From Podarcis filfolensis (Eukaryota), in the NCBI GenBank assembly GCA_964270895.1, contig OZ185448.1: a DNA stretch of 64,000 bases, one strand, 5' to 3'. Shown one piece after another: positions 1 through 10,976 of this stretch; position 1 is the first letter of the stretch; every line of letters begins with the position of its first letter. Made by a program: the position numbers and the translations under genes. The notes under the pieces are model-generated. The model saw nothing but the letters and a program-made list of their open reading frames with translations. It made no database searches and was not told the DNA's origin.

Positions 1-359
1 TGTTTAATTATATATATTTAATCGAATATATTAATATTAAATATATTGCAAACATTTTAATGTATGATGTGGAAATTCAGTTCTGTGTGTTGCCTGGGGT
101 TCTGTGTCAAAGTACTCTTGCAGCCCGTCTGCGATGAGAAGTTGGACTGCCCTGGCTTAGAGGCTGCACTGTGAATCAGGAAATGCCTGCTCCAAAGCTG
201 ACCTCTACTATAAACACACAGGGTGGCTTTCAGCTTTACACTCAAACCTGTGAACCCCCAAACTACAATACGAGAGTGAGGTTAATGGCGTAACTTTCAG
301 GATTGTTGTAAGGATTGCTGAAATAAAATATAAATATTGTTTATTGTAAATATTGGAGG

Positions 360-575
360 ATAATGGACTCTCCTTCATCTGAGGTTTTTAAACAGAGGTT
401 AGATGGCCAACTGTCAGGGGTTTGCTTGCTTGCTTGTTTCATAAAATTTATATACTGCTTGGTTGTAAAAACTCTCAAAGTGGTTATTCTTTAGTTGTTG
501 TTCCAGCTTTTCCGGGAGTTGGAATAGAAGACCCTTTGGGTCCCTACCAACTCTGCAATTCTATGATTCTGTGAG
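360..575 (+). mobile_element. Old CR1 3' fragment
   Basis: gaggtttttaaacagaggttagatggcc...aactctgcaattctatgattct. Confidence 0.7.
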
Positions 576-1111
576 TGTTCAAAGTGCTATATAAATTGTA
601 CTGCAGTTGTTACCTGATCCAAGGGGGTGGTGGTGAGGGAAACAAATTCCAGGATTGTCACTTAGCCAGTCCAGCTCCAGATTAGGTTCTGAGCCTGCTG
701 CCCTTGTGGCAATACACTTTCGTCTAACTTTCTGATGGGGAAACTTCTACAATAATTGTGCTTTAGGTTGATTTGGTTTTTTCTTTTATCAGCAGAGTTG
801 TCCAGGATCCTGGTGTCATTTTTATAGGAGTGGGACTCTGGCTGTACAATTGCTGAAGATTTGTACTGACTGGGGACTTTACCTTCACTAAAGGGTAGGC
901 CCATAAACTACAAGTGCAGGCTAAAGACAGGATTTATGGACTGAGCCTTCCTGCCTATTGCAGAACAAACCTGTGCAGCTCATCCCTGTTTTTTTCACTG
1001 GCGCAGCTGCTCTGAGCTGGAATCCTGGAAAGAAAGTTCAAGGTTTATAAGTGACTGGTCAGCCCAAGAGATTTTTAATGGAAAATGAATGTCTAGGCTA
1101 GGGTTTTTAAA

Positions 1112-1150
<39 letters not shown>

Positions 1151-3970
1151 GAGGGGGGGGTGTTCCTCCACAGCTGATCCACCACACATTCTGGCCAAGA
1201 GAGAAATGCATAGCCAACAGATGAGACGACTCTAAGGACAGGTGAGTGGAAGGCTGCCTCTGTTTTTGCCTGCGTGTACGTGTTTGGTTGTGTGAACCAA
1301 CGATCCAGCAAGCGATTCCCGCCGCTGGATGCTGTGCTGGAAAAGCTTTCAGCCCCCCCCCCCCCCTTGCCTCTTTTTTCATCCACTTCTCCAAGGCTTT
1401 TTCTTTTCCCAAGGGCCTGATCACTCAAGCACCTCCGTCTCTCCCAGCGTGTGGAAAGTGGGAGGGAGCGGGGTTGCGGGGAGAGAAGGAGGGCCAACTA
1501 AAGCGTTAATTGTGCCTTTTTAGCTCATGTTCGGCCGGCAGCAGGAGAAGGCGCTGCTTAAACCTAATCAATAAAGTCTTGTCTATTGATCGTGTAAATT
1601 TCATTTGGCAACCGTCACTTACCAGTCTCTCCCACTGAGCCGGGAGAGAGGCAGGGGCAGACTCGTCCCCCGCCCCGCAGTAAGCTGCTTTGGGGGACGG
1701 GCCCTGAGTCTTTGGCGCGGCTTTCATGTGTGAATTTGAAAAAAGGGATGCTTTGCCCAAGTGGAAACCCGGAAACCCGCTCTTTCTAAGCCAGAGCCTT
1801 TGCAATATGTTCTCCGGCCCGCGATGACCTTGGGTGGGAGGGGGATACGTCTAAGTGCTGTTGGATGAGTGGGCGTGCCTAGACTTGCACTTGCCCCATT
1901 CCTAAACGGCCTTGACTGGAACCAGGCGACACTACCTACGGACTGGGACCATGTCTCTGGGCCCTCCGCCCTGAGCGTCATACTGGACAAACACCAAGGG
2001 CTGTGCTGAGTAGGGGTGGGTACAAATACCGCAATCAATGGATCTTGGCGGGGCAACCGGCCGTCGGATTCCCGCGTCGCTCTCCAGGGTACTGAAGGCT
2101 CCCTAACCCGCCCGCGTCTGCCTCCGCGTCGCTCTCCGAGGTGCTGAAGGTCCCCTGACCTGAGGAGCCAACTATCAAGGCAGAGGGTGCAGGTTCCTTC
2201 AGTCCTTTGCCTATTCCTGGCGGTAGGGAGAGGCTCTCTTTCTTCTCCCGCCTGCCCCGGGGGTCGCCTCTCTCTGTTGGCGGCGCCTCTGACCTCTGCC
2301 CGCCCCGTCCAGGTTGATTACTCCATCAGGCCCGTCCGGGTGTGCCAAGGCTGTAAAGAGCCATTACCCGGATTCTTTTATCAATGTCCAGTAATTAAAA
2401 TGTCACCGTTTAATTTTCAGGCCTTCTCGGAGCAATCTTTTCCTAATAAAGAGTCTAATCGAAAGGCTATTCGCCACCCTCCCACCCGAAAATGGCACCG
2501 GCAGGCGGGCTGCTGCGGCGGAGCGAGGCCCCCGCGCGGATCGATAGCGAGAGGGCTGGGATTGATCTGCCGCTAAAATGAAATTTATTGGGGTCATGGT
2601 TTTATATGGTGCTGATACAACTGTTAAATGGGGGACATTCGTTTCCAATAGGAGGCGTTTATTAAACTTCCACTGAATTAGACCGCGGTGATTTATGGGG
2701 CAATCTCCCGCCTGCGAGCCCCTCCAGGAACGAGAGCGGGGAAGGAAGGGCCTTGGCGGCCTCCTCTTAGAGAGATATTTATAAAGAGATGACACGGGCC
2801 TCTGAGTTTTAAGCCGGAGTGGCGAGGAAAGGACTTTCGAGGGACGTGACAAGGAGGCAAAGGATCGGGAGGCAGACGGAGGCTGGGTGGGGGACCTAAA
2901 AGGTGAGCCACCCAAGCCCACCAGTGCCAAGTGTGACGGTCTCACCCCCGCCCGAGTTCCCTACTCAGTTCAGGAATTTCCAACAGACTGGACAGAAAGT
3001 CTGGAGTAACATGGGTCTGCACAACTGCAAGCCTACCCAGGTTTTCTGCTAGCCGCCCTGAGCACGGTTGGGTGGAAAGGCAGGGTGCAAAGATAACGAG
3101 TAAAATAAAAGCAGGAAACAGGGAGTAAGTCCCATTGAAGGCGCTGGGACTTGCCTCCGAATCGACACTGATCTGCTTGTGCGCCCATTACCCAGCCGAA
3201 ATATTCCAAGATCAGCTCACGGGGCCAACTTTCCTGCCGACTGTCTTTGGTCACGAGACTTTAGGTCATCGGAATCAAAAGCATCCTACAAGGGTGGGCC
3301 TTCCCTCGCCGCTTCACTGGCACCTTGTTTTGGCTGAAATACACGGATTAACAGCAGAGCGGAAGAGGAAGTGCTGGATTAACGCATGAACCGCCGAAGG
3401 GGTTGCTGTGAGGCCTCCCTTTTAAAACAAAACTTTAGAAACTCCCACCCCAAGCCTTCCAGAGAATTTTTTCCCAAGTAACACTTGCACCTTTGATTTG
3501 CTCACAGCAGAGGTTGGGACAAGCCATCCCCCCTTTCCTCACTAGCGACTGGCATGATAACACTTTCCCCCCGTTCCTCCAGCTGTCCCATTTTAAAGAA
3601 GAACCCCCATCGCCACCCATTCTCCTCCTGCACAAACAGCTTTCTCATTACCCCTTGGGGGCAGGAAGAGGAGAGGAGTATAAAGCGAGGAACAAGGGGT
3701 GGGGGTTCTGTTTGGCAATCCAAGTGGGCCGGGCGGGGGGGAGCGTCTGCTTTGCACGCAGAAGAACCCAGGTACAATCCTGGCATCTCTAGGTAGAGCA
3801 GGAAGAGATTCCTTGCCTGAAACTCTGGAGAGCCATAGAATACGGAGCTTAGACTCAATATAAACCCATTTCCTGTGTTCGATATATGGAATGCGGAAGG
3901 AAATCGGTCATTCAAGTACACGCTGCGGTTTTACTCTGTGAACCGCCCTGAGACCTGCGGGTATAGGGTG

Positions 3971-4018
<48 letters not shown>

Positions 4019-5582
4019 GTGGCCAGAAGCCATCAAGGTCAGGAAATGAAGGGGGTGGGCCAAGGAGGACCCACCCTAGCTCTCCAGTACTTCGAGGTTC
4101 CCATCTCTGCCGCCACATGCCCCCTCTGTTTGACAGGGCTCAGGCTCTGCGGTGTGTTCTTGTAGTGTGGGTGAATGGGTGGCTATAGATATGGCAGAGA
4201 TTGAATGGCGGGTGCAGGGCTGGATACATGGTTAGAGAGGTTCTTGTTTTTCCCTCTGAATTTGTCTGTTTGTTGGTTTGTTTAAGTTATATCCCACCCT
4301 TCCTCCCAACGGAGCTCAGGGCAGCAAACACACAATGCTTATCTTGTGGCAGTTAGTTCCTTGGGTCCATTGGACATGTCGTAAAATAGTGTTTTCCTTG
4401 AACACAAGCTTGCTTGTAAACAGCCTAAGGGGCCAGGAGTGTGCCTGCAGATTCTTCTCCAATATAGACCCTCTTGGTCTTTCAAAGTGCTGCACCCAGA
4501 ACCTCTCCAGCAACCCCTGCTTGGAGGGCCAGCTCCCGCTCATATTTCAAAACAAGGGACAAAAGTGGAGACACTCAGCCATCTCCTTAACCCACACTCC
4601 CTCAGAAAAACAACAACCCGTGTATATCCCCCCAAAACCCCTTGCATTGGGTGATCATTGAGTTTTAATTAAAAATTGTTACAATTAAACCCAACACACA
4701 CGCACGTGCGCACACATGCCTTAATTACATTTGATTTTTAATTCCAAATCCGTGTTTACACAGTAAGCGAGACGTACCTCCTGATTATCCCCAATACTCT
4801 TTATACTGTACTAATTATGTAAATTAAACCTAATTAACTGACAAAAAACTGCAGTTAATTCAACTGTTAAAAGATATGGGATCGCAAGGAGCTTAAGAGA
4901 AGCAATGAAAGGAAAAGGGGGAGCGGATACCTTCCTGAGGAGGGCCCTCCCCTTCCTGTTTGCACTGGGAGAAGGCAGGTGGGGGTTAGTTATAAACTAG
5001 GCACTGGCTGTTAAAGTTAAAAAAAGGTCGGTTGTCGTCGTTGGCTTCCCCCCGATAAAGATCTGAGACCTCCAGAGCGACACGAGAGGTCAAAAGGAAG
5101 ATTTTGAACGGCCGCCCCATGGCTCCTTAATCAATGTTCCCACTTCACTCGCTCCCACCCCACCGCTTGCTCCCCTCCCTCCCCTTAATCCCGAAACAGC
5201 ACTGGAAATAATATTATTTCTGGCTGTGGTATAGTATCTCGGAGAGAAATACAAGCATGCTTCTAAGTGCGCAGCCACCCTAACAATGAGCGGGGAATGT
5301 TTTGTCGGAGCTGTTGGGCAGCAGAATGGATATCCTGCTGCGCCGAAACTTCAGTCCCTCCAAATTCCCATGTAAGGGGGAGGATTATGAGAGACCTCAA
5401 AAGGCAGCTGCTAGCCTTGCTTGTTGCTTTTATGCTCTCTTGGAAAGGTGGGGGGAGGGAGAAGTTAGAGAGGGGTGCTGCTCCCTGCTAATGTTCTTAC
5501 AGGGTGGGGGCATGTGGTATAGAGTCCTTCGTCTCACAATTCCCCCGAACTCTGTTACTCGGGCAGCGCCTCCTTTCACAAT

Positions 5583-5603
5583 GGCGCTGTCTCAGGTGCT
5601 GAA
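5583..5603 (-). promoter_or_regulatory. RE1/NRSE (REST) site
   Basis: Reverse complement TTCAGCACCTGAGACAGCGCC vs consensus TTCAGCACCnnGGACAGCGCC. Confidence 0.8.
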
Positions 5604-5665
5604 ACCACTGGTGCGGGTCGAATACCTGCAGCAACCGCAAGTGCGGGCCTCCGGCTAAGGGTCAG

Positions 5666-5686
5666 TTCAGCACCTGGGACAGCGCA
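5666..5686 (+). promoter_or_regulatory. RE1/NRSE (REST) site
   Basis: TTCAGCACCTGGGACAGCGCA, one mismatch to consensus at the last base. Confidence 0.82.
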
Positions 5687-8600
5687 GCGCTAGGCGACTC
5701 CCGACGAGTTCTTCCTTTTAAACCGATCGCGACAGGAGGCGAAGGCCGATTCGCCTCTGCGACTTTGGAACCGGTCACTTTCGATTCCAATCGCAGCTCT
5801 CTCGGAGTAAGTGTCTTGAGCGGCCCACAGTCCAAATAACGCCCCCCGCTTTTCACATTAAATCACCAGAACTAGGGTGGGCGAGACAATGCGGTCTTGC
5901 CCATTTACAAGCTAAGGCCTGAAGTTTGCATTCCTGAGATTTCACTCCTGAAAGCGCGTCAAAGCCTCTACTCGTAGTTATTTGTAATAACATGGTCTTG
6001 GCCGTCTCAGGCCTTTGGGACATACCCAGGTAAATTAACAAATAGCATTTCCCGCTTTCCCCAAACTTCCTGGGTGGTTAAGAGACTCATCCTTCTGGAC
6101 AGGGCTAGACTTGTACCGACGACCTCTTAAGCAAGACTCGTTTCCTCCCAGCGCAAAGCAATCAGGGTTGTTAAAATCAGCCAACTTTGGGGACTGCGGC
6201 GGGGTCCATCTCGGTTAGCTATTTGTAGGACAAGGTTTCTGGTTAGAAACGAGTCCAGAGCTCAATGCTCCATTCTCCCAAATTCGTTCCTGAGGTTAGA
6301 CTGCCTTCTTGACTTTTGGAAGAGGAGGGGCCGCCCCGGGATGACGCCGGAGCAAACGATCTGCCACTATTTTAAATTGAGCCCCCCCCCCCGCCAAAAA
6401 CACTTCGGGGTCCCCTGATGACTCAGTCGTCTGTCGGGAAGCAACTTCCCTCGGTGTGGCAAACTTTACCTCCCTCTGCGCCCTCCCCTTCCCAGTTCAC
6501 CACCCCCCTTCGGGGTTGCTTTTGCAATTGACACTCTGGGCTAACAGACGGGTCTAATATCAACCGCGCTGCAGAGGTTAAGAGCCCTGGGGCGAAGGGC
6601 GGCGGGGCGGGAGGGGGGCGAAGAGAGAGGGAGAGGGGGAGGAGGGAGGGGGAGGGAAGAGAGATCGGATTAAATACGGCGTTTTGTAAGTATTTAAAAT
6701 TACATTTAACCTCCGCGTCCCACGTTTGTTTATTTGCTCGGTTTTGTAACAAAACAAAACATAGAGTTTCAACATAAAGGAAGCTCATTAAACTATCACG
6801 AACTGTGAATTATTCTAATAAAAATATATATTAAAAAAACCCCGAAGGAAACACCTCCCTTCTTTCAAAACCAAATAAATATGCCACCAAATTAATACTG
6901 AAAACCTCACTTTTTCTCTCCCTCTCCCTCTCTCTTTAACCCATATTAAAATAATGCATAAAGCGCCTGTCTCCGCGGGGGGCGGCCTGCGCGCCCCTGC
7001 CAGCCTCTCCGGCTGGATCTTATGAAAAGGTTCCATCTTTTTAACTTCCTCGCCAGGGCGGGCGGGCCTCGGTTTGCAGCCGGGCGCCTCGGTTGGCGCA
7101 GTAATAACGGCTAATAAATATTTAACTACGCATTTGTTGTTGCTTTTTGCAGGGGGTGGGGGGTTAGGCGAGGGGGGGGGAGTCTTGCAGGGGCACCAAA
7201 AGCTCAAGGACGCCTCTCCCATCGCCAGGGCAAAGTCTAATTAAAGACAAATGCCGGGAGTGGGGGTGGGGGCAGAGATGTAGTGGAGGGGGGCGTCCTC
7301 AGCTCTGACCATCCAGGGCTGCAACATTTATTGGTCACAATGCAGAATTCAGTGTGTGCGCTTTAAATAATTAAAAGGCGAGGAATAATTACCGACTCGC
7401 ATTGTAATTATGGCGAGCCACCCGCGCTTGGAAACGGGAGCCGCATCGAGGGTGAGTCGAGGTTAGGGTTACCAAGAGGGCCTCTGCCAGGATTTTCCAG
7501 CTCACCTTTTGTCTAGCGGAGGCAGCCAGGAGGGATGCTGGACTTGGGAAAGGGGAGAGTGTGTTTGTGTGTTTGTATGTGGCTGTGCTCCTTAAATCCG
7601 GAGCACCAATTAAAAAGTCTTTTTTCTTTGCCCACAACTCCTTCTCCGCGCTCTCCATATCCTCCACCTTTTCGCTGCGAAAAAGAAGTCTCAAAACTCC
7701 AAGCCAAAACTCTCTCGAATTACCGCCCCCCGCTCTTTCTCTCTCTCCCCACTCACAAATGTAATGCATTCTGGTCTTCCTCCCCCCCCAACCCCCCAAC
7801 AACACCACACCAGACTTTTCTCGCAAGTCTACCCCCGGCGCCCCCCCTCTCCTCCGCCACCGCATATTCCTCGCCAGAGATTTATGCCCCCAAATCTGCT
7901 TTTCAAGGACAAACTCCGCTTCCTGATACATCAACTCTCAAGTAGGCGCGGGCATTTTCATAACAATGCGCGCTGGAAGATGGAGCCCATATGCCGGGGC
8001 GAAGGGCGAAAGCTGTTTTCCTGGCGGAGGGGAGCGCCCGCTCCCCTCAAAGTGCCTGAGGCCGCCAGCCTGGGCCGTTATTAACTTCTGTTTGATTAGT
8101 GTAATTGCTCAAATTTGGGGCCGGACAGTATGATTAATTACAGTTTAATTAACGCGTCCATTAAGAGCACTTAATGCCACGATGCTTTTAGAAACAGCCT
8201 GAGGAATGGGCGCTCCAGGAAAGAGGAGCGAGGGGAGATTGGAAGCGGCGGCGGCGGCTTAATTTTCATTTTTAACATTTATTTGGTTGGGGGGGAATAC
8301 ACCGGGTCAGGTTTCCGTAAGAAGGAAGCGGGAAGAGATGGAAGACAAAAAAAAGGCGGGAGCCCCCGACAGAAATACATTTGGGAAGAAATTAAATCCA
8401 AGACTAATAATAAAATAAAAATATTTTCTAATTTCGAAATCTTTCCCTGCATGCTGGATTTAAAAAACACACAAAAAACTCACACGCCTCTTTCCCTCCA
8501 TCCCTTTCGCGATCGGGAAAGCCAATCTTGGTCTGAAATTGAGTCTATATCCCACGTTTAAACCCCTTCCTACGGTGGGTTCCGGTGGAAATTGACCACT

Positions 8601-10379
8601 GAGGCATCTTCAGACCCCAGCCCTGGGCACCAGAAGTCCCATTTGACTCGTCCAACAATCGAAGTTTGTGATTGGGACGGGTAGTTTATAAGGGATGTGC
8701 TAAACAAACTACGAGGGGAAATCGTCATTTTATCTACCGGATTTATTTGTTTTGGGGAGGATTTTTTTTTTTTAATGAAAGGAACTAGAAAACCCCCTTC
8801 CGCTGTTTCCTCCACTTCATTTATGTATATGAAAATCTGAAATAAATATTTAGCTGCACTTTTATGCCGCAAAATGTTCCTCGGAAATATTTTAATCAAT
8901 TTAACCTATCCATCACTCATCATCCAGAGAGACAGTCTGTGTCCAAAACAGGTATGTAAATAATTGTACCTGTGTCACGCTAACATGCACTATTTAGGGA
9001 TCATTTTATAGGGGTAAATTATCTGAGCCGGTCCCGGGCACTCCAAGACGCCTCAACTTTCCCCGTTAAACAGCAGGCTCTCCATTAGGTATGTCGAGAC
9101 AGGCGCATTTCCACTTCCTTATTTAAATGTCCTCCCTGCAAACAGAGCCAATGAGGCTATAAATATTGATCAAGCTGTACAGTTTAGGCACCAGCCTCCT
9201 CCTCCTTCCCGGCAGTTTTGGACTCATCGCCTCCTGTTGACGGTGGCCACGATACTGTGTCATGAGACGGCGCGGGGTGGGGTGGGGGGACACGAGACAT
9301 GTGTCCCATCTTCAGAAGGGAGGACGGGTTTTGCCCGACAATTCCTGCAAAGCTAAGAACTCACCGGGGTTCCAATGCCCCCCCCGCGCCCGCCCTGCTG
9401 TCTATTGATCGGCTTATGAATAGTTAATTGGGCATCTTTTTCGTTGTATCTCTCCCCCCTCCGCCCCGCCCCCGCCAGAAGATTGCCTGTTAAATCAACG
9501 CCTTTGCCTGAGGGGGAGATACGATCTGTCCTCTCTCTCTGGTTGTAGATTTTTCGTGCCCAGACCCTCAGCAACCCTTATGCTTCAGTTCGTATCGTTC
9601 CCGGCGTCCGGGAGCGGAACTGTTATTTTGGGAGCGGGGAAGGGTTGCTCAGATTCCACCCACCCGCTTCCCATTTCTGGTTTTCAGTTGTGGTGAAGGA
9701 AATAAAAGTGGGACGCCAGAAGAGGGAAAAGAAAAGCGGGAGAGAGGCAGAGAGGGGGGGGGAGAAATTCGCCTGCGGGACTCTGGTCTTTCTGCACAGT
9801 TTGGTTAGGGTTGCGGGGCAGAGACCTGAGGCGCCTAGACAGGTGGTAAAAGCTCCAGCGTTTTAGCAGCCTCTCAGCCCAGAAATACCTTCCTTTGCAC
9901 TCTGTGCCCCGAACATCCTGTAGCCTCCCCATCCACCCCCGAAATTCTATATTAACAGCTCCTGGTGGGGTCGTCCCGCGTTCCGCGAAACTAAGTGGTT
10001 CAGCGCCGCTACCGAAGTCCAGGTGGTCGGTGAGGAGGTGGAATGAAGATCGCCTTCCACTCCGTAGCGAAACATCGCCCGCTGCCCCTTTAATATCACC
10101 ACACCTCAGGCCCCCTGCCCCCACGCCTCTTTAAGGAAACCAGCCGCCCTGGGGGCTGGGGGGGGTACACAGAGCAGGGAAACCGAGGAGCCCCAGTTGG
10201 CGCTGAGCAGGCAACAGTCGCGAGGAGGGGAGCTGAAACGGTTCTTCCTGGCGTGCGCCCTTGAAGGGGGGGTGACCTCTCCAAGCCTCCCTTTCGCTCC
10301 CCAGCCCTCCTCGGAAGATACCTGACCGGGGAAAGGTGTGCAAAAAAAAGGGGGGGAGGAACAAGTCCGCGCGCTTACC

Positions 10380-10647
10380 TTCTCGGCGCCCGCGGCGGCG
10401 GCTGCTTCGCACCGAATTTCCTCCTCCTCCCCCCGCAACGCCCCCTTCCCCACCGCGCCCCCCCAAAGCCGGCAATCTGTTTTTCCTTAAAGAAGCCCCG
10501 TCTGCGTTTTGATTGACTGGCGCCGCGGGATGATTGACACGCGCCAGAGTCCCGACGGCACTTCGGGTAAATATGTTGGTGCTGCTAAGTGGGAGTTGCC
10601 TTCCTATTATTTTAGCTGTCACTGGATCAATGTACAACGTCTTCAAC
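10380..10647 (+). promoter_or_regulatory. Putative SKOR1 promoter block with two TGATTGAC (PBX/MEIS-type) motifs
   Basis: CpG-rich; TGATTGAC at 10510-10517 and 10531-10538; directly upstream of the gap and the putative first exon. Confidence 0.5.
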
Positions 10648-10787
10648 NNNNNNNNNNNNNNNNNNNNNNNNNNNNNNNNNNNNNNNNNNNNNNNNNNNNN
10701 NNNNNNNNNNNNNNNNNNNNNNNNNNNNNNNNNNNNNNNNNNNNNNNNNNNNNNNNNNNNNNNNNNNNNNNNNNNNNNNNNNNNNNN
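10648..10787. other. Assembly gap (140 N)
   Basis: Run of N. Confidence 1.
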
Positions 10788-10976
10788 CCCCCCTCTCTCT
10801 CTTCCCGTGAAGCTTAGCCATGTGGTCAGCCTCCTGCTCGCATCTCCAAACCTACGGACGGAGGCAGAGGGCAGGCGCCCGCCTGGAGCAGCAGCCCCAA
10901 TGAAACTCCGCGCCGCGGCCGGAGGCTCCTAGCCCGTCCAGGATTTGGGGCAGAGGAAACCGCCTGTTTGCCGACG
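10788..10976 (+). other. SKOR1: Putative SKOR1 5' (probably untranslated) exon; 5' end hidden by the assembly gap
   Basis: Strong donor ACG|gtaagt at 10977, upstream of the exon-13178 acceptor. GC-rich, follows a promoter-like block. No transcript evidence. Confidence 0.55.

Larger units (their letters stand above)
950..9200. promoter_or_regulatory. Upstream cluster of candidate conserved non-coding elements (blocks near 950-1090, 1490-1640, 2350-2720, 4660-4880, 6660-7240, 8070-8200, 8560-9200)
   Basis: AT-rich blocks dense in TAAT/TTTAT/ATCAAT motifs within CpG-rich, nearly TE-free DNA upstream of a developmental transcription cofactor. Conservation is inferred, not measured. Confidence 0.5.

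Noticed and set aside
1-10500. Divergent antisense lncRNA or last exons of the upstream neighbour (MAP2K5 in mammals)
   Set aside because: No kinase-like exon found and no sequence-only evidence for a spliced antisense transcript.
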